From Octopus sinensis (taxonomy: Eukaryota): a DNA stretch of 64,000 nucleotides. Below the pieces are notes generated by a model that did not search any database, was not told the origin of the DNA, and was given only the letters and a program-made list of their open reading frames with translations. A program made the translations under genes and the position numbers. Position 1 is the stretch's first letter; every line of letters begins with the position of its first letter. Of the stretch, positions 1-10,926 are shown in pieces. The DNA lies in contig NC_043008.1 in assembly GCF_006345805.1 (NCBI RefSeq), positions 4,340,001-4,404,000 on the forward strand. Reading direction: 5' to 3'.

Positions 1-16
1 ATATTCAGATATTCAC

Positions 17-111
17 CTGTGATTTGCCTGTGCACCTCCTCCAAACTTGTGAACTTGTTCTTCTCTTTGAGATCTTAATTGTTTCGTTCTTATTTCCGTT
101 AATGTTATAAA
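17..111 (-). CDS. Candidate internal coding exon (95 nt) of an unidentified minus-strand gene
   Basis: Minus strand: acceptor atctattttctAG| and donor CAG|GTGAAT. Open in two phases: FITLTEIRTKQLRSQREEQVHKFGGGAQANH (0->2) or VYNINGNKNETIKISKRRTSSQVWRRCTGKSQ (1->0). Not repeat-derived as far as I can see. Confidence 0.5.
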
Positions 112-320
112 CTAGAAAATAGATCTAATTAAAGGTGTTGATGGTATTGTTGCATTATGATGCTAATAAAAAGAAATTAAGAGGCAAGTTGCATTAAGCT
201 AGACTTGAAAGATGGTTAAATTCAAAGATATATTATTTTACTTGGAAAAAGAATGAATACCACAACAGCCAGTATACACCCAAAGACCAGTAACTCTAAG
301 GCCATTTAAGTGGCTTATTC

Positions 321-372
321 GTCCAACCCATGCTAGCATGGAGAACGGACGTTAAACGATGATGATGATGAT
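321..372 (+). mobile_element. Extreme 3' end of RTE-type LINE/SINE with (GAT)n tail
   Basis: gtccaacccatgctagcatggagaacggacgttaaacgatgatgatgatg; same terminus follows the RTE ORF at 12310-12360 and recurs many times in the window. Confidence 0.85.
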
Positions 373-2306
373 TCAGAAGGGGAACAGCAGTAGCTATTTC
401 CTTCTTCAGGCTTTTGAGTCTAGCTGAAGTTATCATCAGATCTGATACCTTGGCTAAATACTTGCAACAAATAAGAATCTACAGAAAACATACAAGCACT
501 AGGCAGGTATTAAAGCAGGTACAAATGAATCAAGTCTACTTACCACCTGAGAACTAGAAGCCTCTTTTAAACAGGCTTCTGCACAAACTACCAAAGTCCC
601 TTAAATTTTCATTTGCAAAGCTTTGATTAACCTAAAGTCAAGGTAGAGAGCAGTGGATAGAAACTCCAAGGACATTGTTATGAAATAAACTTCTTAACCA
701 AATAACAATACTTTGGAAAAGGAATGAATATCTCAACAATCGGTACCCACTGCACAAACTATGAATCTAAAGATTTGTACCTTGTCAAAAGAAATCAATA
801 TTATGCTTTTCCCAATATATATTAGCCAAAAGGAATGGTATTCTTGGTTAATATGAAATAATTTAAAACAGAACATGCTATCCAAAAATAGATGTTTCCA
901 TGAGTTTTAGTTTCTTTTTGTTTGCTTTTTTGTTGTTATTTTTTAAACAAATCAAGTTTGAAAAATGCTCTTTCTAAAAATAGTTACTCAATAATTCAAA
1001 TATACTGACTTATAAAAAATTTAGTGAGATTCACTAATAATAGAATTTTGTTATCAAGAAGCAGCCTGCAATTTTGGAAAGATAAGGATAATAAATCTTG
1101 TATATTTTTATGTTAATATGTAATCTAAAATTTGGGTAAATCTTACTAATGTTGATGCGATGATATTTAATATTAAACTAATCCACATGTAACACATTTA
1201 GATTAAAGATGGTGTCTATAATGTTTAGCTTCTGCTCACCTGCCCAGAAAAATGTGAGAAATGTGCATTATATCATACACACACACACACACACCACACA
1301 CACACACACAATGACTTTTCAAAACATAAATCAATAAAACTTTCTATTACAGAAATCTAAATTGGAAACAAAAATTCATTTTGTTTTTACTTCCAATCCT
1401 CTTATCGGTCGCATCAAGCGCCACGGGCCACAGAGATAAAAATATAATACTTTTACTGCAAGTGAAGATTTTTGAAGAGGTCACTCTTCTAAAAGACCTC
1501 TTACAAAATGGTACAAATTTTTATTCTTTAAAACTATAATATGTTATAAAACTAAATATTAATCTAGATTGTTCTAATCCTACATTTTCAGTAGAAATGA
1601 GGATAAATTATTACTGAAGTAATCTTTATCATATTTGAAATATTTTAAAATGTAAAGTGTTTGGAGAGCAGTTGAGGATTCTTGGCTTTGAAAGAATTAA
1701 AATAAAGAGCAGACGGTAGACTGTTTCAATGTTGACAAGACTTTTCCAATCAAGGCACTTTGAAGCCTGGCAGACTTAAAATAATTGACAGGTTTTATGA
1801 CTTAAGACCTATCAACAGAATGTGTGTTTAATGAGTGAAGAGATTATCTTGGAGCAAAATGGTGACAGTTTTCATATTTGTATTCAAACGTCTCAGCTGG
1901 AATAGAAATCAATAAAGATGCAAGTGGATGCGAACTTCATTAGTCATGTCTTTGGTTGTTTCGTGTCACACTTAGTAATGAAATCAATGAAATCATTAGT
2001 GCTGCCAAGGCATCACTATAGCCATAAAAGCAAGGGATTACACAGAGTTCAATATATATATATGGTCTTTTAAGGTGCCATAGAGCCTGATATGATATAA
2101 ATTGAAAGAAAAATGTATTTCTAAATTTGTACCATTCAGGCATTTATACATATTCTAACAAAGATCAGAATATCTTGGAAGTCATCTGTTATATTCTTCT
2201 CATATGTCTTGGAACTACTAAATACTTCAAAGAACTGCTCTTATAAAGACTATGATTATTCGCTTATTTTTCCCAGATATTTCTCAATTTTCCTATCAGT
2301 TTTCAT

Positions 2307-3084
2307 TTATTACCTCCGCCAAGGAAGGAGGTTATGTTTTCATTGCTGTTGGTTTTTCCGTCTCTGTGCAAAATAACTCAAAACGTTGTGAACAGTATTT
2401 AATGAAACTTACAGAAAAAGTTGGTAATGACACAAGGAACAGATAATGAAATTTTGGTAGTGATCCGGTAATTTTTATGGATTCTTGAAGGATTTTTCAT
2501 TTGTTATATTTACTTTACATGAAGTATTGTTACGTTCTTTGATTATCTCCCTTGAAAACACATCGTTTCCATGTAACCTATGGTGGCGTTGCTGTTTAGA
2601 GACAGTGTTGATGATGACAATGGTCGAGATAAGTATGGGGTGGGGATAAAATAGTATCGGTGGTTATAATAGCGAGAGGAGCAGTGTGGTGTGTGATTCT
2701 GAGGTGATGATGGTAGTAGTGGTGTTGATGATAGTGTTAGTTGTGTGATGGTGGTATTGCAGTGGTTATACTGGTTGTGGTGGTGAAAGTGACTGTCAAG
2801 GTAACCGTCATGATAACACTGATGGCGATGTATGTGGTTGAAGTGGAAGCAATGACAATGCTGCTGATGATGATGATGGTGGTTGTGAACTGCTTCAGAT
2901 GATTCCTGTTTTTAAAGGGTTTTTTTTCTTAAAATCATATGGCTGTGTTTTTTTTAACCCCTGCCAAGGAGGTTATGTTTTTACCAGCACTGGTTTGGGA
3001 AATTGGGCGATTTTCAGCTTGTGTGTATATGGGTGGGAATGAGCTACTTGGCAGAGGTCTGCGCTCTCCAAGTGCTTTTCTAGT
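2307..3084 (+). mobile_element. Helentron-like (DINE-1/HINE architecture) non-autonomous element(s), with two 5' ends
   Basis: 5' ttattacCTCCGCCAAGgaaggaggttatgtttt at 2307; second 5' end ttttaacccCTGCCAAGgaggttatgtttt at 2951; 3' sub-terminal inverted repeat CTTGGCAGAGG (3047-3057), short stem-loop gcgctctccaagtgc, then CTAG (3080-3083) and TT. Confidence 0.7.
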
Positions 3085-3289
3085 TCTTTATATCTATTTA
3101 TTTATTGTGTCTTTTACAATCATTGTCTTTAGACAGTTTTACTTGTTAGAGTAATGTTTAGGTTTATGATTCCTTAATTAAATTGCAATTGGATCCACTT
3201 TGGCACTTCTCATTGGTCACTTCTCAATGCTATCTTTCTGGATTTACTTTTTACTGCTTAATATGAAGTTCTTTAAAAACTCTTTTGTA

Positions 3290-3660
3290 CATTTGTGCAT
3301 CCAGAAATCTGTTCATTCAGAATGAGGAAATATAATAACAGGTCACAAAGCACATGATAAAGTGGACACTACTTTGTTAAAAGCACCCAGGGGCAAGATG
3401 AAGGTTCTAAAACCAGGAGACAGATTAGAGTTTATCTTGCCAAAAGAGAGTAAAATCACTTCCAGCTTCAATCAGGATTCCTTCATTTGTTTGAATTTAG
3501 TCTACAGAATTGGATCTGTAAGCAGGAAATTTGGCAACAAGTTATTTCCTTCTCTCTAACCTGGCTCTGTTGTTCGTTCGTAGCAAAGTTTATGTATTTC
3601 AAACTCTAATGATGTTAAGATTTTGGTTTCTTTTCCATCAACAATTTTGATCAGCTGCCA
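3290..3660 (-). mobile_element. RTE-clade LINE apurinic endonuclease relic
   Basis: Minus-strand translation with stops TLLRTNNRARLERRK*LVAK...EGILIEAGSDFTLFWQ resembles the RTE/BovB endonuclease N-terminus (RTLL..RPERRTALVA...EGQL.E.G.GYTFFWSG). Confidence 0.65.
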
Positions 3661-3794
3661 GTTGTGTGTGCTGCCGATTTGCTCTTGGACTAGTAATGTT
3701 TAGAGTACATTTCTTAATCCATTCTTTACTGTTTTAAGGTAAGCATTATGTTGTAAAGACTCTTATTCCAAAAAACATTGACTTGCAACATACA

Positions 3795-3841
<47 letters not shown>

Positions 3842-3854
3842 GTGTGTGTGTCTG

Positions 3855-4084
3855 ATTCTTTTATCTTTTACTTGTTTCTGTCAGTAGACTGCAGCCATGG
3901 TGGGGCATGTCTTCAAGAATTTTTAGCCAAATGTTTTGATCCCAGTACTATTTTTTAAACCCAATAATTATTTTATTGATCTCTTTTGCCAAACTGCTAA
4001 GTTATGGGGACATAAACACATCACCACCGGTTGTCAAGCAGTGATGGGGACAAACAAACACACACACACAGATACACATATGAA

Positions 4085-4118
<34 letters not shown>

Positions 4119-5175
4119 CTAGCTGACATACCTGGTAATTCCCAGGAAAGCAGGGCTTATCCCTTGGTTTCGTTTTCATAATTGTTTTACCAATCCAATA
4201 ACAACAATACAAAGTATGTAGCCCTTAAAACGGTTTCTGTGCATTTACAGAGAATACCGAACTCTCTTTCAAAGGATCTTGTCTTTAGGAATTCCCAATA
4301 AGTTATGAATGCCCAAATTGTGAAGTCAATTATGTAATAACATTGAAATTAGTTACCCAATAGTAAGAATTCCAATAAAGTAGCCCTGAAAAAGGCTTTA
4401 ATGCATTTCCAGGGTATATAGAACTTAGGAGGAAATACTAGTAAGGTATGTATACTAAAATTGTGAAGCATATTACGTAATAACAGGCTAATCAGGTATG
4501 AGATAATAACAATTCAAAGTAAATAACTCTGAAAAGGGCTTTTGTGCGTTCCCAGAGAATATTACCCTCACTAGCATTGGTATATTCATGAAGAAATCAC
4601 TAACCAAAATAAGTGGATCTATTGTTTAGAAAAATACTATTTACTTGTTTAAGGGTTGTACTGGATAAATCACGAAAATAATTCTAACAGTTCAAATAGT
4701 AAGAAATAAGCACACTCAATTTGATTTATACCAATAAATTTAGGAAAATGAATGGGCTGGTTCCCTTGGCTATATATAAGGATCCCTTCCAGGGGCCCTA
4801 TTATCGATTTTTTTTTCAAATAACTGAGTATGCCATGAAGTTTCCAGACATGAGTTCTACTCACATGTCAAGTTTCATCAAAATCAATAAAGCGATGTAG
4901 GAGGAGTTAGCTAATAACTCCACAAACACATCCACAGACAGAATTTCCCACATATGTAGTTTATATATATACATAGATATCTATAATTATACATACATTC
5001 ATACACGCACATTCGACGGGCATCTTTCAGTTTCTGTCTACCAAATCCATTCACAGGGCTTTGGTTGGCTCAAGTCTTCTAGCAGAAGGCACTTGCACAA
5101 GGTGTCACACAATGGGATTGAAAGCCCGAAACATGTGTTTGGGAGGCAGACATTTTACCACACAGCCACACATTT
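3855..5175 (-). mobile_element. Composite tRNA-derived SINE (CORE-like head, microsatellite, Nin-like tail half) interrupted by a Helitron
   Basis: Tail half 3855-4080 and head half 5015-5175 match the contiguous copies at 15667-16075, 42055-42430 and 61510-61992; head contains CCTTGGGCAAG-like core on the minus strand. Confidence 0.75.
4119..4977 (-). mobile_element. Non-autonomous Helitron (859 bp)
   Basis: Minus strand begins A|TCtatgtatatataaact... and ends CCTGGgaattaCCAGG hairpin, tatgtcagCTAG|T; A|T insertion without TSD; internal degenerate 140-160 bp tandem repeat (units near 4218, 4380, 4521). Confidence 0.8.
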
Positions 5176-5379
5176 TAGAAAAAAGGTTGATATTAACTTT
5201 GAAGTTTTGGGCTTTGTTTCTCATGTTGAACTACTGAATGACAGGACATATTTTTTATGGAGGATGCAAATAAATGTCATCACTGCCTCAGCAGAGACAA
5301 GGCAAAAAATAAAGAAAAACGTGTGGAAACAAGTGCACACACATATATGTATATATATATGTGTATATATATATATATG

Positions 5380-5425
<46 letters not shown>

Positions 5426-5531
5426 ATATATAATATATATATATATATGCATATATACACACAGACACACACACACACACACGAGTCCAAATACTTGAAT
5501 GTATGCTGAGAGATTGTCTTAGCCCATTTAC

Positions 5532-5597
5532 CTTGAGACGGTTGATTTCTGCAGTTATTATCAGTGTATTTTGATGATTTAAATACAAGTTTTTTTC
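5532..5597 (-). CDS. Candidate internal coding exon (66 nt, frame-symmetric)
   Basis: Acceptor tttcgtatttcacAG|, donor AAG|GTAAAT. Open as EKNLYLNHQNTLIITAEINRLK (phase 0) or GKKLVFKSSKYTDNNCRNQPSQ (phase 1); either joins in frame to exon 17-111. Confidence 0.5.
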
Positions 5598-7060
5598 CTG
5601 TGAAATACGAAACTTATTACATTCTAATTCAATGAGTAGAGTATTCAGGTATTCAAATAAATGGTTACTTATTGTCAAAACCAATCTATTTCGTTTTATA
5701 ATCCATTTCATATGGCTGTCATTGATACTTTTAATATGTTGTTTATCCCTAGTAGTCCAGTTGTGACCTCCCCATCTTTGATTATTTGAAGCAACATTGT
5801 TCAACATGTCTTTTCTTATATGGTAGAGTTTGATGGAAAAAAAAATTCATCTGCTATTTCTTGTTAGTCACATGATACTACAGAGGCTCTCTTATTGGCT
5901 ATAGAGGTGGATGGCAGGTTTTACTGAACAAGGAACAAAATACATTTTGGTATTTGGTTATGATTCTTTGTGTTCTAAGTTCAAATAGTGTACAGGTTTG
6001 CTATACTCACCTTTATGATGTCAATAAGAATACAATTTAAGGTCTATAATTAGGGGTTAAATTACAGCAACATTAGTCCTAAACCAGGATTGGCATGTTA
6101 TGCTGGCAAAAAATCTTCCCTACAACATTAGAACAGTTTGGAGGTTTTAAACCTAAAAGGTAAATAGAACGTGTGATCATATTTTGAACAACCTAAAATT
6201 CCTTGTCATATTGCTATCAGCAAACAACATTCTTTAAAATACATGCACAGACACATGCACACATAAATACATATACATACATGCATATATATACATACAT
6301 GCATATATATATATATATACATATATATATAGATGCACACACTCACACACACACTCACACACACACTCACACACACATACAAATACATGCACACATTAGT
6401 AACTGTACAACATATAACTAATAGCTTCCCCAGATTTGGTTTTATAAAATGTTTGCAGCTCTTTAACTATTTTCTGGCAAAGATGAAAATAGAATCACTG
6501 GGGATTTTTTAACTGTTTAATATTATCAAATATTGATTTCTTTTAAAATCTTATCTAATATCGATATCTTACATAAAATTCAAATATCTAATGTAAAGGA
6601 AATATTCCAATAAGCAAATATCTTGACTGCCTTAAATTTATGCAGTATATTAATGCATAATGGGAATTCTAACAATTGCAATAGGGATACGTGTGGGGGG
6701 GGTATATTTAAAATGAAAATAAAAACTGTCAGCCTATTAGAATCAGAGATCTCGATATTGTCATCAACATTTCAAGTAAATTGTATTCATTAATCAGCAT
6801 TACTACACCTCCCTCTATTACCACTGATAGTAATGTGTTGCTTATAATCAATATGAAGAAGCAAACCTGATCAAAGTAACAGATGCTCTGGCTATGGAAT
6901 GTAGTAATAGATGCACAGTAATGGTTGTTGATAGCAGAAGGTTGTGCTGGTTATGGAATTGCATGTGTTGTTGTTGAGAGTCAGTGTAGTGGTATGTTAG
7001 GTTGCTTGTGCAGTGTATATAGGTACAATATTTATGTGAATGTTTATATATGTGTGTATG

Positions 7061-7100
<40 letters not shown>

Positions 7101-7121
7101 CATACATACACACACACATAC

Positions 7122-7160
<39 letters not shown>

Positions 7161-7819
7161 CACATACACACATATATATAAACTATGTTGGTAGTTACAA
7201 ACGAGTGTATTAATGGTGTATTCATATTTTTCCCTACTTTGCTTCATGCTCTCAGTTGGATGCTCTTATCCCCCAAACTTAGCAACTCCCTCTAAAAATG
7301 GTCATCGTATACAGCTTCCAGCTCACATTCTTTGTATGTGTATATGTAAATGTGTGTGTGTGTTGAAGAATTGCTAGTTTGAATGAGACAGCATAACAGT
7401 TAACCAGTGCTTCGGACACTGAGTAAATCTGCACATCTTAACTACAGTTGAGCAATTAAGAATTACTTATCCACTGATTGTCTTTTGGTTTTCTTTATTT
7501 CTGAATGATTTTCTGACTGGATGTTTGAGAACAAAATAAAACAGAAGAGTTGAAGTTTTTGTATTATAATATCATAATATACATAATATTTATACATGTT
7601 TTGCTAGTGAATGATAGCAAGTTATGTTGTAATCATAGTAATATATTTATTTATATATGTATGTGTGTATGTATATATATATATATGTAATATAATATAT
7701 GACAATTATTCGGGTGCCATAATAAAACTCCGAGTTTCAGATATTGGGGCAGAAACCCGCTCCAGCATCTCTTCAGTTATGGAGGCAATGAAAATATGCT
7801 ATGAAGAATCATAGGAGCC

Positions 7820-8050
7820 AGTAAGGTGAACCTGGCAGCAATCACATTCGGATTGTACTTTTTATGTGCCACCAGTACAGATGCCACTCAGAAGGTACTG
7901 GCATCGGTCATGATCGGTTGGTGCTTTTTACATTCCACCGGCACAGGAGCCAGTCAGGCAGACCTGGCATTGACCCCGTTTGAATGGTGTTTTTTACATG
8001 CCATCCGTCCCAGCTACGATATCAGTTTCACTTGACTGAACAGGTCTTCT
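7820..8050 (-). mobile_element. RTE-type 3' UTR fragment with repeated ggtgctttttacgtgccacc modules
   Basis: Reverse-complement match to the 3' UTR modules at 11740-12200 and 25280-25590. Confidence 0.65.
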
Positions 8051-8118
8051 CATGCATATCAAATTGCCCGACGCATATATGTGTGTGCATATATATGTAA
8101 ATGTACGTATATATATTA

Positions 8119-8150
<32 letters not shown>

Positions 8151-9092
8151 TTGCATATATGTTTGCATATATATGTTTGTATGTATATATATATATATAT
8201 ACATGTATATGTATATATATGTGTGTGTGTATATGTATATATATGTATGCGCATATATATATGAATACATATATAAATATGTATAGAATTATATATGTAT
8301 ATGTATGTATATATTTATGTATATGCATATGTATGAGTGCACATATCTACATAGATATAAACATGCATACATATACACACACACATATGTATTCTTTAAT
8401 TGCAACAAACATAGGAAACCAACAAACTTTTGAAAGTAAAGAGTTAAAAGTACATAAAAATAAAACCTAAAATTGCATAATATTGATGATGAGAAAGGTG
8501 GTGGGGTGGATTTCATTGAAGGAAATACCTGGGATGTTATAGGAAGGACATATTTGGAATTAATAGGAGGAATTAAATAACATAAATAAGATTTTTAAAA
8601 ATTAGAAAACAAACGGAAATAGTCATGGGGGGGGGAGGTTGTTGGTAATTGCAAACTCATACAGTATGAAACTTAAAATAGGACACATTTAAATCGTGGA
8701 GGGAAAGGGAAATAATTCTGAACTGCATTTATACAGATCTGAGATAAAAATGAAGATATTAATTGGAAATAAATAGAAAATTATAAAAGGGTTGAAAATT
8801 ATGTATACACCTGTATGAATATACTGCATGAAAAGTGTATGTGTGTGTGAGGTTATACACGTGAAATATATGTGCGTATTAGTTAATATATTATATATAT
8901 CTATACTATATATTTATATTCACACATATATATATAAATATCTATATAGTGTAAATATATTATATAATACATCATATGCATAATGACAAATGATGATGAT
9001 GATGATGATGTATATATATATGTGTGTGTGTGTGTGTGTATCATCATCATGTATGTGTGTGTGTGTGTATACATACATTGTTATAGATATAT

Positions 9093-10755
9093 GTGGAGAA
9101 GCAAACTTTGATCCCTTATCTCTCTATATATAAAACTGAGAATGTGTGTCTGTCTGTCTGTCTGTCTGTGTGTTTCCTTAAAACTTCAGAACTACACAAC
9201 CAATTTCATTAAAATTTTACACATGCCTTACTTAGGGTCCATGTAGTTTCATGGGCAAAAAAATGTTCAACTTCTTGCCTAGAGTGAGCCCATAGCAATA
9301 TCATATCTTCTCCACTATTTCAGTATTACGTGTTAAAAGTGAAACAAAAACATTTCTCTATTTTATGTCAGATACTTTCACTTTAACAATAAAAATAATA
9401 ATAACAATTGAATTATATGTAGTAAGTAATAATTAAAATCAAACTAAAGTATAATATAATCGTAACATAACAAAAGTAAAAATAGCAATTGGTATAAAAT
9501 TGCATCAATGACTTGAACTTGAATAAGTGGTTTCACATGAATGGGAATAAATTAAAAATAAAATTAGCGTGCAGAAAGGGAATAGTCCAGATGGATAATA
9601 AAAAATTAAATTAAAGAAAAGACCATTGTCTATAAAGTATACAATGTAGAGAAAAAAGAAGATTTGAACACCTGGAGGAAAGCACCTTTGAAAAGTGTCT
9701 TGGTGCGACTATGAAAGGTATCTAATCAGAGGCGTTAAATTCGCCACAATAGAAGCAAGGTTCGAGTCAACGGAGCGTGCAAGGGAGTACTTGACTCGAA
9801 CTTGCAAAGTGGAAATATTTTATTTTTACCTTTATATCTGGAACGCAGGACGTGCCGGATAAAAATTTAAAATGTCCACCCACCCCCAGAAGTTGAGGTA
9901 GGCTGGATTTTAGCCACACTTCTATACAAGAGGGAGGACAAGATACAATTGATCGAAATTGCAAGAGACGGGCTTACAATTCTAGTCTGTTATATATTTT
10001 GAGTATTGTTGTCACTAGCGATATCAAGATATAACTTTGTATTTTGTATTTTATGTGTAGATGTATATATATATAGATGTACATGTAATATGTACACATA
10101 TATATACACATATATACATGCACTAGCACTATGACCCGGCAAGGACGGGTCATAATGCTAGTTTAAAATAAAACCCCTCGTCAATTGCATTCAAAATGCC
10201 TATAACACGTTGTACAAACCAGGGAGATATCTATTCACTGATGAGCATGTTTCCGACAGTACATGCCTGGGAAATCAACAAAATGCGGGATCAAAATTTG
10301 GAAGATTTGTGAAGCTAATACTAGGTATTGCTGTGGGTTCAATTTCATGTGGGGAAAAGGGACGATAATTGAAGCCAGCATGGCCTGGGCTGTGATGTGG
10401 TCTAGAATTTAAAATTCTCATACCATGTAACCAGGGCCATGTATTATTTTTTGCCTGTTTTTTTCCAGTTCCATCAAACTTGTGGTGGACACAGAAGCTG
10501 TGGCAACATTTACAATTGCTACGGCAGTTGCAAGCGGGAAAGAGATGTCACTGGATAAGGTGAAAAAGAAAGCAAAATTATCCAACTGTAGAAAGAAATT
10601 TGGTAGAGAGATAATAAGCAAATCAATTTTGGTTTTTTTACCTGTCCACCACCTTATGTAGATGAAAATGGCACCCCATTTATGTGCCTCAATTATAACA
10701 GGTACATGGGTGGTATAGATCAGCCAAATCAAATGATGTTCTATTACCTAATCAG
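9093..10755 (+). mobile_element. piggyBac transposase relic, split by a Helitron at 9118|10162
   Basis: Rejoined frame reads GEANFDPL|FKIKPLVNCIQNAYNTLYKPGRYLFTDE, then YMPGKSTKCGIKIWKICEANTRYC, HGLGCDVV and NYNRYMGGIDQPNQMMFYY: piggyBac DDD catalytic-core motifs, with frameshifts and stops. Confidence 0.9.
9119..10161 (+). mobile_element. Non-autonomous Helitron (1043 bp)
   Basis: A|TCtctctatatataaaactgagaatgtgtgtc(tgtc)n 5' end; 3' hairpin ATGACCCG-gcaagga-CGGGTCAT (10131-10153) then aatgCTAG|T; removal restores the host piggyBac frame exactly. Confidence 0.92.
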
Positions 10756-10857
10756 TAATTTTAGCAGTGATTTCAAACTTGTTCAACTTTATCAAACTGT
10801 CTGATGAAGGGGAGCAATTTCAGTCACTGTCAAACCTTTCCTTGTAAAAGTTAAGAT

Positions 10858-10924
<67 letters not shown>

Positions 10925-10926
<2 letters not shown>

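Noticed and set aside
1940-2086. Possible terminal exon ALWHLKRPYIYIELC...NQRHD* with acceptor tcatatcAG on the minus strand
   Set aside because: No recognisable homology and it conflicts with the better candidate downstream at 17-111; could only be an alternative last exon, for which I have no evidence.
5093-8516. Many ORFs rich in Y/I/H/T/C/V (also 12310-12766, 43948-44527)
   Set aside because: Translations of (TA)n/(CA)n/(TG)n microsatellites, which lack stop codons in most frames.
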